Of a stretch of 18,788 nucleotides of DNA, positions 15,319 through 18,788 are shown in pieces. Position 1 is the stretch's first letter; every line of letters begins with the position of its first letter. The DNA is from Candidatus Thorarchaeota archaeon (GTDB lineage: Archaea > Asgardarchaeota > Thorarchaeia > Thorarchaeales > Thorarchaeaceae). The position numbers were made by a program, and so were the translations under genes. The notes under the pieces were generated by a model. That model was not told the DNA's origin. It saw only the letters and a list, made by a program, of their open reading frames with translations, and did not search any database. Where the stretch lies: NCBI GenBank assembly GCA_011364985.1, contig RDOC01000014.1, positions 1 to 18,788 on the forward strand. Reading direction: 5' to 3'.

Positions 15319-16005
15319 ATGATTGAGGACACAGCCAAGGCAATCATCAAGGGCCTACATAGCCAGAAGGACATCGAGAAAGGGAGAATGGTTGCCAAGT
15401 ACATGAAGACCTCAAGGTTGGAGTTTCAAGGCGTTCTGGTACCTGAAATTAGGAAGACAGCCAGAAGACATATTCGCAGTGTTCCCTTAGAAAGTCTTCC
15501 ATCATTGGCTCAACGTCTTTGGGCGAATAAGATCTTTGAGCCACGCCTAGCTGGCGTAGAAATAATGGAATTGTACTCCAAGAAAGGGGATATAGATACA
15601 GCCATTGCAACAATCTCTTGGATGATTGACAGAATTGATACATTGTCCTTGTGCGATCCGCTTTGCATAGTCTGTTTGGGCACTTTGATGATTCGAGATG
15701 CATCAGTGCAGGAGAGAATTGCTGACTGGCGAAAGAGCGACAACTTCTGGAGAAGAAGAGCCACTGTCCTACCGTATGTACATCTTGGAAAGAAGACGAT
15801 TTACAGGTCAGAGTATGGAAAAATGATATTGGATGGTGTTACCTACCATCTCTCGGATTCGAACCTCTTTGTGGCAAAGGCTGTCGGATGGGCATTAAGG
15901 GAATACAGCAAGAAAGAGCCAGAGGTTGTTAGGGAGTTTATTGAAGAACATAAGGACATAATGCCGAAACTTGCAGTAAGGGAGGGTAGCAAGAAGCTCA
16001 AATGA
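15319..16005 (+). CDS. alkD: DNA alkylation repair protein, AlkD-like HEAT-repeat glycosylase
   Basis: KYMK...FQGVLVPEIRK, LW...FEPR, SDNFWRRRA, FVAKAVGWALREYSK and LAVREGSK. Confidence 0.88.
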   Translation: MIEDTAKAIIKGLHSQKDIEKGRMVAKYMKTSRLEFQGVLVPEIRKTARRHIRSVPLESLPSLAQRLWANKIFEPRLAGVEIMELYSKKGDIDTAIATISWMIDRIDTLSLCDPLCIVCLGTLMIRDASVQERIADWRKSDNFWRRRATVLPYVHLGKKTIYRSEYGKMILDGVTYHLSDSNLFVAKAVGWALREYSKKEPEVVREFIEEHKDIMPKLAVREGSKKLK

Positions 16006-16081
16006 ATAAACCCGTTGATTAGTTTCGGTTTCCTGTTAAGCTTATCTTAGGATGATAGTACATACATATTGCGTGTCTTCG

Positions 16082-17206
16082 ATGAAACGAGCCGGTGTTG
16101 CTGATTTGAAGCTTCATCAGGGCAGAGCACCCCATTGGCTGGTGAAGCGGATGATTCCTATGGTGGGGGCCATCTGTGAGTTCATCGTAGATGAATACGG
16201 AACGACTGAGCTTCTAACACGATTGTCGGACCCTATTTACTTTCAGGCTTTGTCAAATGCTTTGGGATACGACTGGGATAGCTCTGGGTCTACGACTGTG
16301 ACTTGTGGTGTGCTGAAGACTGCATTGACCTGGAACAGGCATAATATGGTGGCTGTTGGAGGAAAGGGGCTCGCATTCAGAAAAGTTCCTGAGAAACTTA
16401 GGGCGCTTGAAGACTATGGATTGGATGGAACAGGGCTCGGCGAAATAAGTAGGGCAGTGGCAAAAGTAGACAATGCTGCAGTTCAAGACGGATATCAGCT
16501 CTACCAGCATGTATTCTTCGTTGACGCCGGAGAGAACTGGACGGTGGTTCAGCAGGGCATGGATAGCAAAACAGGAGATGCACGTCGATACCATTGGACG
16601 TCAAAAGACATTGACAGCTTCATCGAGGAGCCACATAGTGGCATGATTTCGGGGCAGATAAAGAAGACAACTCTTGATCTGACTGCAAGGAGCTCTGAGG
16701 AGTGCAGGGACACAACTCTTGATGTTGTAAAAGAAGAACCACGACGAGTCAGACGTCTCTTCGAAGACATCAAAGCTTACGGAGAGAGTACATTGCTTCC
16801 GTGGCTTGAGAACGATGGTCAGACCTTCGAGATTCCCTCGTACAAAGTCATACCAAAACGAATGGACTGGAACGCAGTACGAAAGGCCTACGAGAATCAA
16901 CCTCAGGACTACGAAGAGTTCTTATTCATTGATGGGATGGGACCGGCCACAGTGAAAGGCCTCTCATTGGTATCAGAATTAATTTTTGGCAGTGAGCCCT
17001 CATGGTCCGACCCGGTTCGTCTGACTTTCGCCTTTGGAGGAAAAGATGGTGTCCCATTCCCGGTACCAAGAAAGGCATATGATCAAGCTATAACATTCAT
17101 GGAAGAAGCTGTGAATGAGGCAAAGATGGGAAGGAGAGAGAAAGTGAAATCCTTGAGGCAGCTAAGAAAGTTTGCTCCACCCGTTTTGCATAATTATCCA
17201 TCGTGA
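16082..17206 (+). CDS. DUF763 family protein
   Basis: ADLKLHQGRAPHWL, RLSDPIYFQ...GYDWDSSGSTT, GGKG, KVDNAAVQDGYQLY, VVQQGM, ARRYHW and FAFGGKDGVPFPV. Likely start ATG 16082; the ORF track starts at 16052. Confidence 0.9.
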   Translation: MKRAGVADLKLHQGRAPHWLVKRMIPMVGAICEFIVDEYGTTELLTRLSDPIYFQALSNALGYDWDSSGSTTVTCGVLKTALTWNRHNMVAVGGKGLAFRKVPEKLRALEDYGLDGTGLGEISRAVAKVDNAAVQDGYQLYQHVFFVDAGENWTVVQQGMDSKTGDARRYHWTSKDIDSFIEEPHSGMISGQIKKTTLDLTARSSEECRDTTLDVVKEEPRRVRRLFEDIKAYGESTLLPWLENDGQTFEIPSYKVIPKRMDWNAVRKAYENQPQDYEEFLFIDGMGPATVKGLSLVSELIFGSEPSWSDPVRLTFAFGGKDGVPFPVPRKAYDQAITFMEEAVNEAKMGRREKVKSLRQLRKFAPPVLHNYPS

Positions 17207-17287
17207 AGTTCGAACAACCTTTGTAGTCTTACTTACACATCAAACCTTTTACCTAAGTTTGCTGATTGTCTCCAGACAGGAGAAACG

Positions 17288-17926
17288 ATGGTTGTGCGTG
17301 TCGGATTGAGGATTTCCCTCGCAGCAATTCTATTCTTGCTGCTTTTAGCCATGAAGGATGTTGGAGCTACATGTAGTTCACACCAAGAGCAGCTCTTTGT
17401 GCCGGACCAGGGTGGTGAAAATCCTCCAACAGTCGTAGGTGTTCAAATGAATGTGACAGATGGTGGAACGATTTGTTGGGACGGTATCTACAACGGTCAG
17501 ACAGAGCAGGTGTGGAGGTTCGAGTACTGGATAAACGACACCGATGGCGTGGCTTCAGTTATCTATCAGTTCAAGAAGTGGGGAGAAGAGGTATGGCTGA
17601 ATAGACCTGCAAAGCTCATTGATGGCAATCTCTCGCGTGGGCTCTATGAAGCCAACTTCACATACGAGGTCTGGTGGGACTGGGAAGTCAACTGGGTACG
17701 GTCAGAGGTTGGAAGCTTCTATTACCGCATCTTCGCCAACGATACCCTTGGCAATTGGATGACAACGCCACCGGTATGCTACATGGGGGGGTATATGTTG
17801 GTCTATCCACCTCCGCAATACTATCTCATTGCCAATGCCCCATTATTGTTGACAGGAGCATCTATCGTCGCAATCATTATTGTAGTGGTTCTGGTTTTGC
17901 GAAGGTTTCCTAGCAGGGGGCAATAA
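17288..17926 (+). CDS. Hypothetical membrane-anchored surface protein (signal peptide, beta-rich ectodomain, C-terminal TM)
   Basis: Hydrophobic N-terminus, five N-x-S/T sequons, YYRIFANDTLGNW motif, C-terminal TM followed by RR; GGAGA RBS. Confidence 0.75.
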   Translation: MVVRVGLRISLAAILFLLLLAMKDVGATCSSHQEQLFVPDQGGENPPTVVGVQMNVTDGGTICWDGIYNGQTEQVWRFEYWINDTDGVASVIYQFKKWGEEVWLNRPAKLIDGNLSRGLYEANFTYEVWWDWEVNWVRSEVGSFYYRIFANDTLGNWMTTPPVCYMGGYMLVYPPPQYYLIANAPLLLTGASIVAIIIVVVLVLRRFPSRGQ

Positions 17927-17964
17927 CCGACACACACAATATGTGCCATTAGTCTTTAGATGCC

Positions 17965-18780
17965 ATGCTTGAGATAGAACCATACAACGACCTAGTGATG
18001 TGTATTAGAACTGGTTCGGGACAAAGTGGCCAAGTCGTCATGTGGACATATTCCTATTTGATAGAGGACACGCTCTTCGATGCAGGTTGTGCGAATGCAC
18101 GGGAAGAATTGGCCGAGGCGTTGAGAACCTATCAAATCAAGCGATTATTCATTTCTCATGCGCATGAGGACCATGTCGGAGCGTGTTCAATTTTCGAAGA
18201 TGAAGCCACCATATATGCGACATCAGAGGTTGCAGAGGAACTGAGAAATCCAATCGAGTTGACCGAGTTCTTTAGAGCTGTCTGGGGACAGCCAGAACCA
18301 GTTTCGAAGATTGAACCAATGCCCGCATTCTTTGAGGTCGCTGATCTTCATTTTGAAGTGATTCCTCTCCCCGGGCACAATGCCAATATGGTCGGCTTTC
18401 ATGAACCAAACAAAAAGTGGCTTTTCTCAGCAGATGCCGTTCCTGTGCCCTCAAGAAAGAAGATGGGAATGCTGGACGAGAACATTCCACAGACCCTGGC
18501 TACACTTGAGATGATACAGAGCTTGGACCTGGAAATACTCTTTGATAGTCATAGAGGACCAATAGAGAAACCTGCTGAACATATTCAAAGGCGGATCGAT
18601 TATCTCAGGGAATTTCAAAGAGAGGTAAAGCAACTGCATGAGAGAGGCAAATCGGTAGAAGAGATACAGGAAGCACTCGGACTGGAAGGCCCATGGTATT
18701 TGGAACTGACTGCCGATAGATTCGGAATCAGCTATGTGATAGAGTCAGTGATTCGGGACTCTGAGTTTAGTGGTACCTAG
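17965..18780 (+). CDS. Metallo-beta-lactamase-fold hydrolase
   Basis: LFDAG, SHAHEDHVG (HxHxDH), LPGH, LFSAD and DSH. Confidence 0.9.
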   Translation: MLEIEPYNDLVMCIRTGSGQSGQVVMWTYSYLIEDTLFDAGCANAREELAEALRTYQIKRLFISHAHEDHVGACSIFEDEATIYATSEVAEELRNPIELTEFFRAVWGQPEPVSKIEPMPAFFEVADLHFEVIPLPGHNANMVGFHEPNKKWLFSADAVPVPSRKKMGMLDENIPQTLATLEMIQSLDLEILFDSHRGPIEKPAEHIQRRIDYLREFQREVKQLHERGKSVEEIQEALGLEGPWYLELTADRFGISYVIESVIRDSEFSGT

Positions 18781-18788
18781 TTCTTTGG

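Noticed and set aside
17267-17283. Short alternative hairpins (TGTCT/AGACA and TCTCC/GGAGA) over the RBS of the surface protein gene
   Set aside because: The 5-bp stems are too weak to support a regulatory claim.
385-18639. Many 60-150 aa alternative-frame and antisense ORFs (e.g. 1685-2035, 2874-3230, 4322-4645, 10869-11324, 13435-13809, 16253-16594)
   Set aside because: They overlap well-supported genes, have no recognisable motifs, and look like shadow ORFs.
1-18788. tRNA, rRNA, CRISPR array, IS element, integrase or defence island
   Set aside because: All intergenic gaps are under about 150 nt with no cloverleaf or repeat-spacer pattern, no transposase or integrase motifs are present, and the TOPRIM and PIN-like genes look like stand-alone archaeal types.

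Overview
Gene-dense archaeal chromosomal segment with 19 supported CDSs. Archaeal PriL, Mut7-C, stand-alone TOPRIM, DUF763, GGTGA/GAGTGA-type RBSs, paired ~970-aa FtsX permeases and a surface protein with an 'IFANDTLGNW' motif suggest an Asgard (Thorarchaeota-like) genome; this taxonomy is inference. Order: PHP phosphoesterase (partial), amidohydrolase, Mut7-C; OsmC (-); Zn-dependent dehydrogenase, TOPRIM; a 7.65-kb four-gene type VII (MacB/FtsX/LolCDE-like) ABC operon (-) with two ATPases and two paralogous giant permeases; mobB; a DNA-maintenance-rich block (OGG1-type glycosylase, priL, Zn-ribbon protein, atypical thioredoxin, AlkD, DUF763); a membrane-anchored surface protein; and an MBL-fold hydrolase. 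The best candidate for an undescribed system is the ABC operon: its last ATPase carries an AbrB/MraZ-like plus zinc-ribbon tail, and its upstream region holds interlocked TGTGA/TCACA palindromes. The repair block, with non-canonical active-site residues, is second. I saw no tRNA, rRNA, CRISPR array or mobile element.
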